Shown here: positions 19,876 to 32,990 of the stretch, one piece after another | Layout of the letters: each line of letters starts with the position of its first letter | Numbering within the stretch: the first letter of the stretch is position 1 | Assembly (NCBI GenBank): GCA_000708835.1 | Contig: DF236952.1 | Coordinates: forward strand, 434,001-498,000 | Direction: 5' to 3' | Length of the DNA: 64,000 bases | From: Klebsormidium nitens | Taxonomy: Eukaryota; Plantae; Klebsormidiophyceae | Notes under the pieces: generated by a model | Databases searched by the model: none | Seen by the model: the letters and a program-made list of their open reading frames with translations, nothing else | What the model was told of the DNA's origin: nothing | Made by a program: the position numbers and the translations under genes

Positions 19876-22800
19876 GTGATGGCCATGCGGCTTTTCGCCA
19901 TGCGACACGTCGTTGTGTTGGTGTTGTGCCTGCTGAGGCTTCTCGGGGGAAACCATGCCGCAACGATGGACGAGATCTCGGCCTTGGTTCAGGGAGACAT
20001 CCGCACCCAACAGAGGCTGTCCCTTGACGACAAGGGACTCAGTGGCCCAATCCCTCCGGAACTGGGTCTCTTGACCAACCTGACGCATTTGAACCTCGCC
20101 GCGAACGCGCTTACAGGCCCCATTCCTCCGGAGCTCGGAAACCTCGCGAATTTGCAGAGGCTGACTTTGTCTAAAAACAGGCTGTCGGGGGAGATTCCCG
20201 GGGCTCTGGGCAAGCTAGCCGGGCTAGAGTACTTGGATCTTGATGACAACCAGCTCTCGGGGCCACTTCCCCCCGCCCTGTTTGCCAACCTGGCCAAGCT
20301 GGGCTGGTTAAGTGTGTTCAACAACAGCCTCACGGGTGCCATCCCCCGAGAGGTCGCGGGGCTCACCTCCCTAGTCGTATTGGACGCCCGGTACAACCGC
20401 CTGTCTGGACCTATTCCGGCGGAGCTGGGTCGACTTGGCAATCTGCTCCGTATGGATCTGTCCCGGAACCAGCTCACAGGGGGGATCCCCCCCGAGCTGG
20501 GCAACCTGCCTAGTCTTCGAAGGTTGAACGTCTCCAGCAACTATCTGAACGGCTCGCTTCCCCCAGCTCTTGGGCGGTTGGCATCTTTGGAGTATCTGGA
20601 AGCCTTCGCAAATCAGCTTTCGGGCGAAATCCCCCCCGAGTTGGGTCAGCTGGGGAAACTTGTGTGGTTGGAGTTGTTCAATAACCGAATCTCTGGCGGG
20701 ATCCCTCCCGAATTGGGCGACCTGACGGCTCTTCAGGTGCTCAGCCTCTCCCGAAATAATCTAACGGGGCCCATTCCCCCGGCTTTGGGCAAATTGAGCA
20801 ACCTGGCTGACCTATACTTGTGGAACAACAGCCTTACGGGAGGCATTCCGGCCGAGCTCGGGAATCTTCAGCGCCTCGAGATGATCGACCTATATAACAA
20901 CAACCTTACGGGCCCCATCCCCCCAAGCCTCGGCGGACTTCCCTCCTTAACCTACGTCAGCATGGCCGCCAACAGTCTCAACGGCTCGATTCCCCCGCAG
21001 ATCGGCGCGCTAAACAACCTCGAAACCCTCTATTTGGGGGATAACGGCCTCTCTGGCCCGATTCCCTCGGAGCTGGGACGCCTGGGAAAACTCCAAGTCT
21101 TGGACCTGTCATACAACGGCCTATCCGGCCCGATTCCCCCGGCGATTGGCAACCTCACCGCGCTTTCATACCTCAACCTTCTGGCCAATTCGTTGAATGG
21201 TACATACCGCAAGAAGTGGGCGCCCTGACCAATCTGCAGTTTCTATATCTCTCCTTCAACCTGTTCGCCGGCAGCCTACCGGAGACACTAGCCGGTTTGA
21301 CCAACCTTCGGGAGTTCCACTTCCGGGGTCCCACCCAGTTCACTCAATTCAACTACAATCCCGGCTTGTCCGGCCCTATCCCTCCACAATTGGGCGCTTT
21401 ACGCAACCTGCGCATCCTTGATTTCCGGAAGCACAAGTTCTCGGGGCGCATCCCCCGGGAGCTCGGCGCGCTTGGCGCCCTAGAGGAGTTACACCTTCAG
21501 AGCAACAACTTCTCTGGGCCCATCCCCGGGGAGCTCGGCAACCTGCGCAGCCTTCGGGTGCTCAACCTGTCTGACAACAACGGCATTTATTACACTGCTT
21601 ATCCTGACGCCCCGAGGGGTCTCGTCGGTCCGATCCCCCCGGAGCTCGGCCGCCTGTCCAACCTCACGGCCCTGGACATTTCCGGAATATTCAATTTCTC
21701 GGGACCAATTCCAACGGAGCTTGGCGCTTTAACCCGTCTGGAAGAGCTTTACCTTCAATATAACAATCTTACTGGGGCAATCCCGCCCGGTTTGGGCAAC
21801 CTGGGCCGGTTGCGGGTCTTGAACCTTGCTGCTAATCAAGAGCTTACCGGGCAGATTCCGCCGGAGCTTGGCAACCTGGCGCGGCTGGAGGTGTTGATAC
21901 TGAGGGATAGAATATTCGGCGTTCAAGCGGCGAAGTTGTCGGGGTCTATTCCTGGGGAGCTCGGTCGACTGTCCCGGCTTAGGATTCTGGATCTGGGCGG
22001 TTTGGGTAATCTGTCGGGGGGCATACCCCCGAGTTTTGGGAGCTTAAACCAGTTGTCCGTCTTCAGAGTCCCGAGCTGCAACCTGTCTGGTCCCCTCCCG
22101 CCGGGCCTATTCAGATCCATGGCAAACCTCGTATATCTGGATCTCTCCGGAAACAGTTTGTCGGGCCCCATTCCTCCCGGGCTTGGCAGCAGCTTACAGT
22201 TGAGGGAGATTTCTCTCGGGGAAAACAACCTTGACGGCCCTATCCCTGTTGAGATTGGCAAGCTCTCGAGCCTCACCAGTTTGTTTCTCGGCTTTAACAA
22301 CCTGTCTGGGCCCATACCTCCAGAGCTTGGAAACCTCTTAGAGTTGCGCTCCCTAGGACTATCCAACAACAAACTAACGGGGCCCATTCAAGTTCCCATC
22401 GGCTTTGGGACCGGGAATTCGTCTTTTGAACGACCGTCTCTCAATCTGTCCAATAACCTCCTCTCCGGCTCGATTCCTTCGGAGCTGTTCTCCGGTCCCA
22501 GGAGAGGCTGGGGCATGTTTACTACACTTGACCTCTCCAATAACAGCCTTTCTGGGCCTATTCCAACAGCAATAGCAAGCGTTTCCATCGAATTCCTGCA
22601 CCTGGCCAACAATAACCTGTCCGGCCCCCTGCCCCCTTTAGCTGGCCCACTATCTCTTGTTCGAGAGATGGACGTTTCCAACAACCGCCTGTCGGGACCC
22701 ATCCCCCCTTCCCTTGCCGAGCTTTACTTCTGCAAGAATATCCGCCTCCGAAACAACAGTTTTACCGGGCCCCTCCCCCCCAGGCTCAAGACTACAATAG

Positions 22801-25240
22801 CATACCGGTGGGCTGGTCCCGAGCTTCTCGACCTCTCCCACAACCAGCTCTCGGGCCCCCTCCCAGACGACCTCTGCATCCCGACCGTCGACCTCAGCTT
22901 CAACAATATAACCGGAGAGCTCCCCCAGTCCTTCACCAGAAACTGTACCCTGTTTGACAACCTGGACCTGAGTGAGAACAGCCTAAACGGTGCACCCCCC
23001 CCCGACTTCCTCACAACCCGGAGACTCGTTGGTTTCGACTACCCGGTTCCCCGCTACCTACTTAACGCCACCAATCTTACGAGCCTGCGACTCGGGGTGA
23101 GCGAGCCGACAGTGTCAACCGTCGACCTGTCGCACGTTCCTGCAGGGTGCAAGCTGGTAACCCTGGTCGGGGCGGCCCCCCGGTTGATCGACATCAGGTT
23201 TTGGGCGGGGTGCAAAGAGGGGTGCGTGGTCGACATTATCGGCACCGGGGCGAGCTTATCGCAGAGAACCCGCCAAGAGATCTGCCTCAACAAGATCTCC
23301 GTTTTCGTTCGGGGGGATTCCCCGGTCATCGTCTCCCCGACGACCCCCGACGGCCGGCCGTTGCCCCCCTACCTCACAAACTCCCAGGGCATCTACCTGT
23401 TCAACGACAGCGCCTTTCTGGACAAGATCGATCTGGGTCCGGGGAGTCTAACCTACACCGGGGTCTCCTTCACCGGGGTCCAGAACGGAAACCTCTGCCG
23501 GAACCCCGACGCGCGTCTCACCGTGACCGTCGCCTGGGGGGCGTTTGCCGCGGCCCTCGCGCTCGTGCTTGTCGCGTGTACGCTCGCGCAGTGCCTGATC
23601 CGCGGGCGCGGCGGGGGGGGCTCTTGGCTCGACAAGCGCCCGAGGCTCGCGGCCGCGAGCGCGGCCGCGCTATATCTGTGGGGCGTCGTGACGTCACTCC
23701 TGCCCTACGTGGACCTGTACACTGACGTCACGGTCTTGCGCCAAGTGTGGGGCGCGTGGCCGCGCAACGTCCTGCTCCCGTCCATCGTCGCGCCGTTCCT
23801 AGTTGCCGGCCTCTTCGCGGCGGACGCCTGGGCCGTCGGAGGGGGGGTCTTCGGCCTGCCGTTCTGCCCCCCCGGGTTCCGTTTCGATGTGGCCGCCTCA
23901 CATTCTTGGCGGCAAACGGTGGGCACGGAGGACCCAGTTCGCGAGCGCGCCCCTATTCAAGGGGTGGCGCTGGCTGAAGCCGCTCTACCTCTGGCCGCTC
24001 GCCATCCTGCGCTTTCCCATGTTGGACGCTCTGGGAATCGCCGCGGGCTGCGGGTGTCTTGCGCGGGCAACACTTGACCTTTATGGCGAGCCAGACGGTG
24101 AGAAGAATGTTTTGTCGCGCTGAGCTTGAAAGGGGGGCGGCTTCGACCTACCGTTCTGCACCCCGTCTGTAAGTAGGATCAGTTCAGAGGAGATCAGGGT
24201 AATGTTAAGCTGTTCCTTCGGTTGGCTTGTCAGCAATGCAGGAATGTTGCGCGTTGTTTCCCAAAAAGTTGTCGCCGTTTGGATCGAACACGGCTTGACG
24301 GACACTGTTCCTAAGAGCCGGATTCTGGCCTGGAGTCGCGCCACCATTGGAGGAATGAGAGATTAAAAGCAGGGCTCGTCACGGATTAAAAGCAGGGCTC
24401 GTCACGGATTGAAAGCAGGGCTCGTCACGGATTCCGGTATAGCTTTGGAATGTATTTTCGTGATCTTTCACTGTCTTTACGGCGTTTTCTAGAGCAGGTT
24501 CACTGACGGATCTTATCCACGTTAGATTTTCGTAACGGACTGTTTGAGGAGGTGCCAAGCGCCTGACGTCTTGGATTACATGGCAGTGCTTCGTTTGTTG
24601 CAGAGGGTCAGCCGTAGTAGGAGTCAGTGGACGTAAGATTGAGAAACTTAGAGATGAGCACTGTCCAATCATCCCGTTTGTTGCCGGACAGATGTTGAGT
24701 TTCTCGTTTTTTTCCATACTTGTGTCTCTGCTTCTCACTACTTGAGATAACCGCATCTTGACCACGAAGCGTTCATCTCTGATCGGACGCCTTCCCACAT
24801 GTTTCTCAACTGCTCAAAAGGGTCAGGACTTCTTCGAGTGAGCGGAGTCGCACTGTGAGCTGAAGTTCAGTCCCCATCTCATTCATTTGCAGCGCTCGTG
24901 GGCATGGAGGAGTACATGTCCTCGCGCCAGCACCTGGACAATCTCCTCCGGTCACTCCCCCAGTCTATCTTCCAGTCAGTGCTGTACGTACAGGGCAGCT
25001 CCCGGGGGACGCGTATCTACATCGACCGGGCGATTTTCCTGCCCTCCATTGTGCTCTCCCTTGCGTCATTAGTCGCTCACGTCGGGAAGCTGTACTGGGA
25101 GGCCCTCGAGGGTGGGCAGAACTTTTTGGTGCTGTTCTTGGCTCGACCCCGCAGAATGCGGGCGGTCACCTTCTTCACCGAGAAACAGCCTGAGACGACG
25201 GCTGAGGACGAGGGACTTGCTTGGGAGGACGGATCGGAGG
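19876..25240 (+). CDS. Large plant-type LRR protein (~40 LRRs) with a C-terminal multipass XK-like membrane domain; two 1-nt frameshifts (pseudogene or sequence error)
   Basis: An N-terminal signal peptide is followed by the LxxLxLxxNxLxGxIPxELG consensus across ORFs 19876-21228 and 21216-24077. There is a frameshift near 21203 and another near 23840-23900. The intron 24098-24892 (phase 1) joins to the exon encoding LRSLPQSIFQSVLY. About six hydrophobic segments follow the LRRs and no kinase domain was found. Terminal exon(s) after 25240 are unresolved. Confidence 0.8.
24361..24433 (+). repeat. 23-bp tandem repeat, three copies (intronic)
   Basis: gatt(a/g)aaagcagggctcgtcacg occurs at 24361, 24384 and 24407 with no spacers. 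Confidence 0.95.
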
Positions 25241-28200
25241 GTGAGGTTTTGCTGCACTGTTCTTGTTTACTGTTTGAGCGCCTCACTGACTGCACGGATG
25301 GCCTTTCAACGTGTTCGATGGGCTTTTCTAAGAAAGGATTTCCCCGTTTTCTGCTTTGAATCAAGGAGAGGATTCCGGGCCAGTGAGTTCGTCTGTTCAG
25401 TTGCTTCTGACGGATCAGGGCATTTGAACACAAGTCTTTACGTTTTGACATTAAACGAAGTCCTGCTTGAGGCCTCATGTCTCACCAAGTAACGCTTAAT
25501 CTTTAGTGCTTACGACTTGACGAACGGACTAGGCAGAATTTTCACTTGGCCAGAGATAGCACGCCGAAAGTCTTCGCCGTTGGATTCTCCATGAAAACCT
25601 ACATTCCGAGCTCTCTGACGGTCCTTTTTCATTGGAAATATCAAACACATCAGCACCAGCTTCAGTTTCACAACAAGAAGATTGGCAGAGCAAGCTACGT
25701 CTACGTCTTTCGCTGTGCCTTTGCGTAATTCTCCTCATCCGCTGCATCCGGAAACTCAAAAACTTTCGCTCATCAGACACAAGTCCCCCGTTTTCTAACA
25801 CGGCCGTCTTGCGCAATGCAGTTCCCGCCTAACTTGAGGCGCAGATGTCCGTTCTCCGCTATCGTAACAAGGTACGACCTCTCAAACTGACTTTCCAAAC
25901 CAGATTGTCGATTTGTTGCCCCGGAAAAGAAATCCTGAACAATCCTCAAGGGTTAGCAACTTCGGAGTTTCCAGACGATTACATGTGCTTGAAATGCTGA
26001 TGCGGGTGTCAATCTCAGCTTTGTGAAGCCCCGACTTTATCTACGTGCTGACGAACGGAAATGTCAACGCCCTCTCTATATAGCTGAATTTCTCCGTAAG
26101 GTCAAGGGTTCCCAAAGCCCTTCATCCGAGAGATTCTGCAGTTTGAACCTTTTGCTTTTAACAATCAACAAGACAGAGAGGATCCTTTTCTGCACAGGTG
26201 TTGGAGGACTGGGCGGCCTTAACAAAGGCGTTGAACAGTTTCTAGGAACTTTTAGTCCTAACTGAGCACGAGCCCGTCTTCTGGTACGTTTCATGGCTCT
26301 GTAACTCAACTGCATGAGATCTGCTTTGCGTTTAATTGGCAATCAGTAAGTCTGCTAGTTCCAGCTATCTCAGATGATAAGGAAAGATGGGACGAGTCGG
26401 AGTCTAGGGCGACGTGCAGCTACAAACGAATGTTTATGTCTGGTCAAAGTCAAACGGTCAAAAGGTGTTGGAGCGTCCGTCTGCGAGATTGCGCTACGCC
26501 TCTAAGCGAAACTCATGGTGGCTTTTGTTGTTCTTGAATTGTCATGTCCCGAACACTTTTTCTGCGTCTATGTTTCAAAATCTTTTTGGGGTTTGCATCA
26601 AAGCTCCTGGTTGGGGCAAACTGTTAAACGAAATGGAACGAGAAAGTTTTTGCGTTTGAGCTTCAAGGCCGATAAATTTTTCTGGAAGGACGTCTCCAAC
26701 CTCATTGGAACGGGGATTTGAAGCCCTCAGACTCGAAGCTTGTCAGGCCGAAAATCCTGTATGTTGTAAATTTTCGAGTCGAAAACTCTCAAAGGAGCTG
26801 AGAGACAGAAAGACAGGCTGTGATCAATATGATTCGCTTCAATGTACTGATAAGTCCCAGCTCTATGCACGCTTTGGTGACACGCTGATTTGATATGTAG
26901 GGCGTCTTGCATAGTGCTCGAGTCGTCGAGCTCATTACGTACTTGAAGCGAGAGTCCTGGAAGCTTCCTTGCTTAGCTGGAGCTTCAAGGCACCTGCAGT
27001 AACCAATCACAATGCACGTATGATCATGATCATGACACGCAAGTGTACTCGTGGATCGGATGTATCTAGCCATTCACAAGCATGCATCATCGATCGTTAT
27101 CGTCTCATGTAACCTGAAGTCTCGAAGCACCTATGCTCTTGTCAAAGTCTAGAGACGCATCCAACATGTGCAGACCTGATGCCTGCCACCGTCCGGCGAA
27201 AACTGGTTGCCTCTAGTTGCATTAGCTAGGCAGTGTTTGGTGTCCTGGTCGGTTGCTTGGGAAGGCTGCACAGTTCTTCTGCCAGCATCGTACATTTATA
27301 TATGCAGAGACCATGATCTGCCGGACAAGCTCGCAACAGGCCAGGCAACAAGCTTCGGTGAGGGCATGGTGCCAGAAGCTTACAGCAGTCACAGGCAGGC
27401 GCCCGAACAGGGGCCTGATCCACTGGCTGTGATGGGCCAGTGCAGTACTGCGGCCTGCCGGTACGATGTCAGAATGTCACACATTCCGGTCGGAAGTCGA
27501 GGCGCCGGAAAGCCTGACAACTCATCCGACCACACATCCGGTGAGAGGCCCCGGTGTGAACCCTGACGACGTGGAGCGACACGGAAGCCTGCCGCTCTGC
27601 TCCTCTGTCGCTGAATTTCTCGGTCACAAGCGACTGCTGGAAGTGACCGGTTGATGACGTTGCATCTTCGGACGGCCTTAATTTCAAACCGACCGTACCA
27701 ACCGTCCGAACGAACTTTCGAGACTCGGGTTGGACATCAGGTTCCGTTTTATCAACCGGGCAGCTTTTGAGTTTTTCCGGGGTTGCAGATCGCGGTTTAC
27801 TTGGTACCTAGCGGCTAGCCACCTGGTGACGGTCAGTCACAGGCAGGGGAGTCGGGACTAACCCTCAAAAGTACAGCTCAGGTTGGGAGTGCCCGATCAT
27901 ATTGCTTGTTGGCGGTTCCGGGTTGAAAAAGCTCCCATGCACTAAAATGTACGCGTAAGCTTTTATCCTGCGTCCGCATCCGTTTCCGACGGGAATTTCG
28001 GCTGCATTGTCCGTTTTGCCCTAAAAACGCATGCATAATGCACTTTTGAACGCAGCCGAGGCTCTGGATACCTACATCAAAGACTACAGTCTTCCTTCCT
28101 TTTGGAATTTCTGCAGGAACCAGGATTCAGGAATCAGGAGCATTTGATCTTTGAGAAACTCTGCATTTTGGTGGCTGCCCGTTTCCTGGCACCTTCGTGG

Positions 28201-29638
28201 AACGGACCCGTGGAAGTTGAAGTTGGAACCGGAGGAAGGTTTGCGTGACAAATCCAACGCAGTCAATTATAAGACTCCATGCCAATGGCTTCACTAGTTG
28301 CGCCTTCATCCCCATAAGACTTCAACTTTCAGGCAGCAGAATCTCCAAAGCCGATGGGAGGTCCAGCTGGAACAAACCCCTCGGTGGTAAGGTGCGCAGA
28401 CGTCTGCTGTGCAGTTAGCAAAATGATTCATAAGTCTCTCTTTGGTCACATCAAGCTTCACGGAAAGCTTTGGAACCTTCTAGTCTGAAGTGTGTTGCAA
28501 TCGCTTTTCTAGAAGGCCTCGAATGAGAAGGGGCAGGAAGTCTTTTGGTGGTTGCACTTGCAATAAACGTAGAGATGTGGCATCCTAATGAACGCTGGCG
28601 AGAAAGGGGTCAACTTTGTGCTCATCTACAAGTCGGCAGCGTCAAGAGCATTCAAAGTGTTGCACATGCTACATTTGTTTGCAAGTTCAAGTGGCCATGG
28701 CAGGTTTACCATAATAAAAAGCCATCCGTGTTGCTAATGAACGTCCGCAGGGGTCTGTTGACATTTGAAAAGCATTCTGTCTAGGCTTGAGATGGGCAAC
28801 AACTTAGCAGCAAACGCTCTGTTGCACTATTTAGCTTCCAGCAGGTTGTGGGATCAGTAAGTAATGTGACCCCCAGCGAGAGATATTGTTTTTGTATTTT
28901 CAGCAAGGGACTGAGATCTCTACCCGAACATCGTTTTTAGGCAACCACTTTCTTCCATCCTGTAGCATCAAAGTGACACCCCAATGTCAGACGGAGTTGC
29001 TTCTGTGGAAGGCCTGTTCGCCAAGTTTGGTACTCTAGAGCTTGAATCGGATTATGGAATTCAGTACTCAGAAAAATCTCGCTGAATTTCAGCATTTGTG
29101 ACCAACTAAAATCTCTGCCGCTCTCTCAAGTTATGCTTCTTCATCACTGCAGTATTCGAGAAGGGAAACAACACCTCTGGTGATGCCCTGACCTACGCCC
29201 TGCGCTGAGCTCGCTCCACATCTGGCACTAGCAAATCGGGATCGCGCACCTTGGCGGTGTTGTGATGCTGGCATGGTAGCATCAAGAATCGAGGGGAATC
29301 GATGGGGAATGGGGATTGAAGCTAGAATGTTTCCCGCTCTCTTTTCAATGCCTCCTGCGGCTAGGAAAGTGCAACTCCATCCTTCTGCCGCCCCAGCAAC
29401 TGAGCATTCAATGTAAGCAGATTGGAAAGTTCCACACTCAGCTTGAACACTCAGCTTGACATCCCCCAGATTGGGCGCCAAAGTTCGCTAGAGGGTCTGC
29501 ATACAGGAATTGTTGCTTCCAGAAAGCCAGTCAACAAAGGAGCAGGATCCAGCAGGCCCCAGCAAAGCAAGCCTATAAACTGTAGTCAATTGAGAAGGGG
29601 ATAAGCAGGGAAGTGCTCAGACCGCTTCAATAGCCGCC

Positions 29639-32600
29639 ATGTCTCCTGACCGTGAGCCCAGCCCCACTAGTGTCATCCCTTCTGCCCGAAAGGACAATGG
29701 TCTAAAACGAGACACCAATCTCACCGCACTGTCAGCGAAGTCCCTTCCTGCATTTGCCGGGGACTTCATCATCTCCCCCCGGGACGGCCCAGCAAAAGGG
29801 GAAGGAGAACTGGCCCCTCAAGGCCTTGTCAGAGCAGACCTCGCATCCCTGTCCACTCTCGACCGGCGCGCACACCTTGAAACAGGGCCTGCCGAGAATG
29901 GGGTTCAGGTTCTTGGGTTAGGGAAAGCCTGGAATATTGATCTCGATGCGGTGATGTGCATGAATCTGATTGCGTCGGGGGCATTTGGGTCCGTGTACTA
30001 TGGGCGGTACCGGGAGAAGGAGGTTGCGGTTAAGATCCTTAACCCACCGTCCGAAGTTTCGGACGCTGTGATGAAGGAGCTGGCGGACAGCTTCCAGAGC
30101 GAGGTGGGGGTGTGGCACGGGCTGAGTCATCCCAACATTGTACAGGTGAGCGCCAGCTTTGATACTTCAGGGTTTTGGAGGACGTGCGACCCGATTCTCA
30201 AAAGGGGCAGGTGTTTGCATTTTGAATACGTCGCTTTAGCTGCTCAAACAAGGGGCCAACAAGCAGGGTTTTGACACAATCAAGTTTTGAGTTAGCTGGT
30301 GAGAAGATTTTGACGCGAGGTCGTAGTCTGACACAGGCTGAGGCACATTGTGCAGGTATGGAGTTATTCAGTTTCCTAGCTTCTATAGCAGTCAGTCAGA
30401 TGTTGGGCGCCAAAGCTGATGAAGGGCAGCTAGCCAGATTGTATGGGCTTAGCCTGTTTCAAGCATTTGCGAGCCTGAAGATAGAGCTGGACTTGGTTAG
30501 GAGACGCGACCTGAGCGCGGGGGCCGTAAACGTTTGCTCGAACCATGTTTGAGTTCAGTGAATGAACGATGAATCCGGCTTAATTTCGTTTGGAGGTCGT
30601 CCTTTACGGCATGGGATTGGTGCAAATAGTCACATTTTTGGCTGAATGTTCACACAAACTGACGGTAAGTCTGACTGCAGGATATTGGTGACTGTTGATT
30701 ATCAATGATCATCGAGAATGTCTGCTGCACCAAGGCGTACAGGCAACCAATATTGTAACAGGGAGGCACTCCGCGTGTGCTCCGCAACTGTTTGTGATAC
30801 TCCCCACTTCCAATACTAAGAGTCTGGACTTCATTGTTGAGATACAAGATTCTTGCAGATTTGTCGTTTCTGAACCCCATAAATTAAGATTTCCAGACTC
30901 AATCTTGAGCTTCAACAGTTTGCATCTTAAACATCTCGTCACCCCTGCAGTTCTACGGCGCCTCCGCCGGCACTGTGAAGACAGCGGTGAAGGGCGTCGA
31001 AGGACAGAAGCCGGGCGCGCCTGTCTGGGCGATCGTGACGGAATATCTTTCGGGGGGGACCATCAAGGACCTGCTCAAGAAGCAGCGGCGACACCCCTGG
31101 AAGGTCGTGGTCAGCATCGCGCGGGGTATCGCGTCAGGGCTCGAGTAGGTTCTTCTTTCACTATGTTTACCCCTGTTCGTCACGTTTTTGCCATTCTGTT
31201 TCATATCCTTCGGGAATTCTTCGTCACGTAAGCGCTCTGCCGTCGGCCTGGGACTTCCTTGAGGGCGTGCTTTGTTGCTGTTTGTTTCCTGTTTTTGAAT
31301 CAATCTCTCCACGGAACCCCCGCTCTGAACACCGCGCGCATGTAGGGTTTTTAGTAAGCCTCTCTGCCGCTTCAACCATTGCGCAAAGATTGCCCTTGGG
31401 AGTCCCTTGTACTTGAGTAGTACGCCACCTGAAGTGCACGAAATGCGAAAAAGCGGTATGTCACGGGACTCCGAGAAGGAGCCTACTGAAAGTCTGCGGG
31501 AAGCAGTGCAATGGCACTAGCAACCTTCTTTCCATGGTTTGCAAACCCAGTCCATCATCACTTCAAGCTTCGCAATCTCCTAGCTTGTGACAGAAGCCCA
31601 GACCTTGTGCCACTGACACGTGTCGTCCTCTGATACGCAGGTACCTCCACAGTCAAGGGATCGTACATCGGGACATCAAAAGCGACAACCTGCTCTTGGA
31701 CTCGCACAAAAACGTCAAGATCGCGGACTTTGGCGTGGCGCGCATCGAGGCGGCGAACCCTGTGGACATGACCAGCGAAACCGGGACCGTCCGGTGGATG
31801 GCGCCCGAGGTACGTACTGTTCCGCGTTTCGGTCCACTGTGGCTCTTTCAGGTTCCGCAAGTGTGTTGGTTGATGCCAGAAAAGGTGTTCGGACCTTGCC
31901 TGCCAGCCAAATTGGAAGCTTCAAATTAGGACGGCCGTCCGAGACTCGAACGATCATTGGCTTTTGATTGCCGTGCACAGGGTCATATCTTTGAGGCCTA
32001 TAGCCAGCGCTTCTAGCTGCATTCAGGCACTCGCGACTTGACTGGAAACTTTAACTAGCTCAAATGTTGTGCTGATCAGACAGCTGTCGCGTCTTCAGAG
32101 CTTTGACCCCTAGCCATGCGCGCCTCCTTCCGACGGCTTGGATTCGTTCTTCTGCGCTGCAACTCGCAGCGAATGCTGGCCAAATCAACTAGTTATCGTC
32201 GGAGTGTTGAGTAGCGGCCGTGCCCGAGAGTTTTGACCGCAATCTCACAGCGTCACGCATGACGTCGTCATCGCATGAACTGATTCCATGTGGAACTTGC
32301 AGATCATCGACCACCAGCCGTATACGAAGAAAGTGGACGTGTACTCGTTTGGGATCGTGCTGTGGGAGCTGTGCACGGGGGATCACCCTTTCCGCGAGCT
32401 CACCATGCTGCAGCTAGCCTACCAGGTCGTCAACAAGGTGGGCACATAACATGCACACTTTCTGTGCTGGAGTGGGGCATCACAGACTTTTAGTAGGGAT
32501 GACAGTTTCGTGTTGCGATCGTACTGTTGGGTATCCAAATTCGTTCTCTGGGAATCTAGGGACCAGAATTATTTCAAGGCGCCTCTGCTGAGGGTGCTGT

Positions 32601-32990
32601 CTTGTCTCCGGTTGAAGAGCGGCAACTCGAGCCCATGTGCGACTGATTCAATCTGCTTCTTGGATTCATCAGAGCCCCCCACATCTCGTTCTCAGGGCCT
32701 CGTCCACAGGCGGGGTAAAGTTGAAAACCGCATTCACGCAGACTCGAGCCCTGACTAGCAAGTCTCCACGTTTCTGTCCACAGGGCCTCCGCCCGCGCAT
32801 CCCCGAGTACGTCCCAAAAGAGCTGGGCGCGCTTATGCGGCGCTGCTGGGACCAGGAGGCGTCGAGGCGCCCGGATTTCGCGGACGTCATCAAAGAACTA
32901 GACCGGATTGACCGGGGGCTGGGGGAGGAGAAGGATACCCGGGCCCCGCTGCAGAAGCTGTTCGGGGCCTGCTTCGGGGGGGGCAAGTGA
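29639..32990 (+). CDS. Raf-like (group C) / STY-type protein kinase, 5 exons, 403 aa
   Basis: Exons: 29639-30145, 30951-31144, 31641-31809, 32303-32437, 32784-32990 (1212 nt). Motifs seen: [64 protein letters not shown]. The start has a gccgccATG context. Confidence 0.92.

Noticed and set aside
19989-23926. Numerous antisense and alternative-frame ORFs over the LRR gene
   Set aside because: These are shadows of GC-rich repetitive coding sequence and have no independent motifs.
24361-24433. CRISPR-like 23-bp direct repeats
   Set aside because: The repeats are contiguous with no spacers, lie in a eukaryotic intron, and have no cas genes nearby.
25241-26245. Candidate terminal exons of the LRR gene (25419-25488, 25845-25871, 26197-~26244)
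   Set aside because: Several alternative, phase-dependent solutions exist and I have no homology to choose between them, so the 3' end is left unresolved.
26400-29600. Short ORFs between the LRR and kinase genes (e.g. 27207-27566, 29131-29481)
   Set aside because: They show no recognisable domains or exon-like codon bias and are treated as intergenic or UTR.
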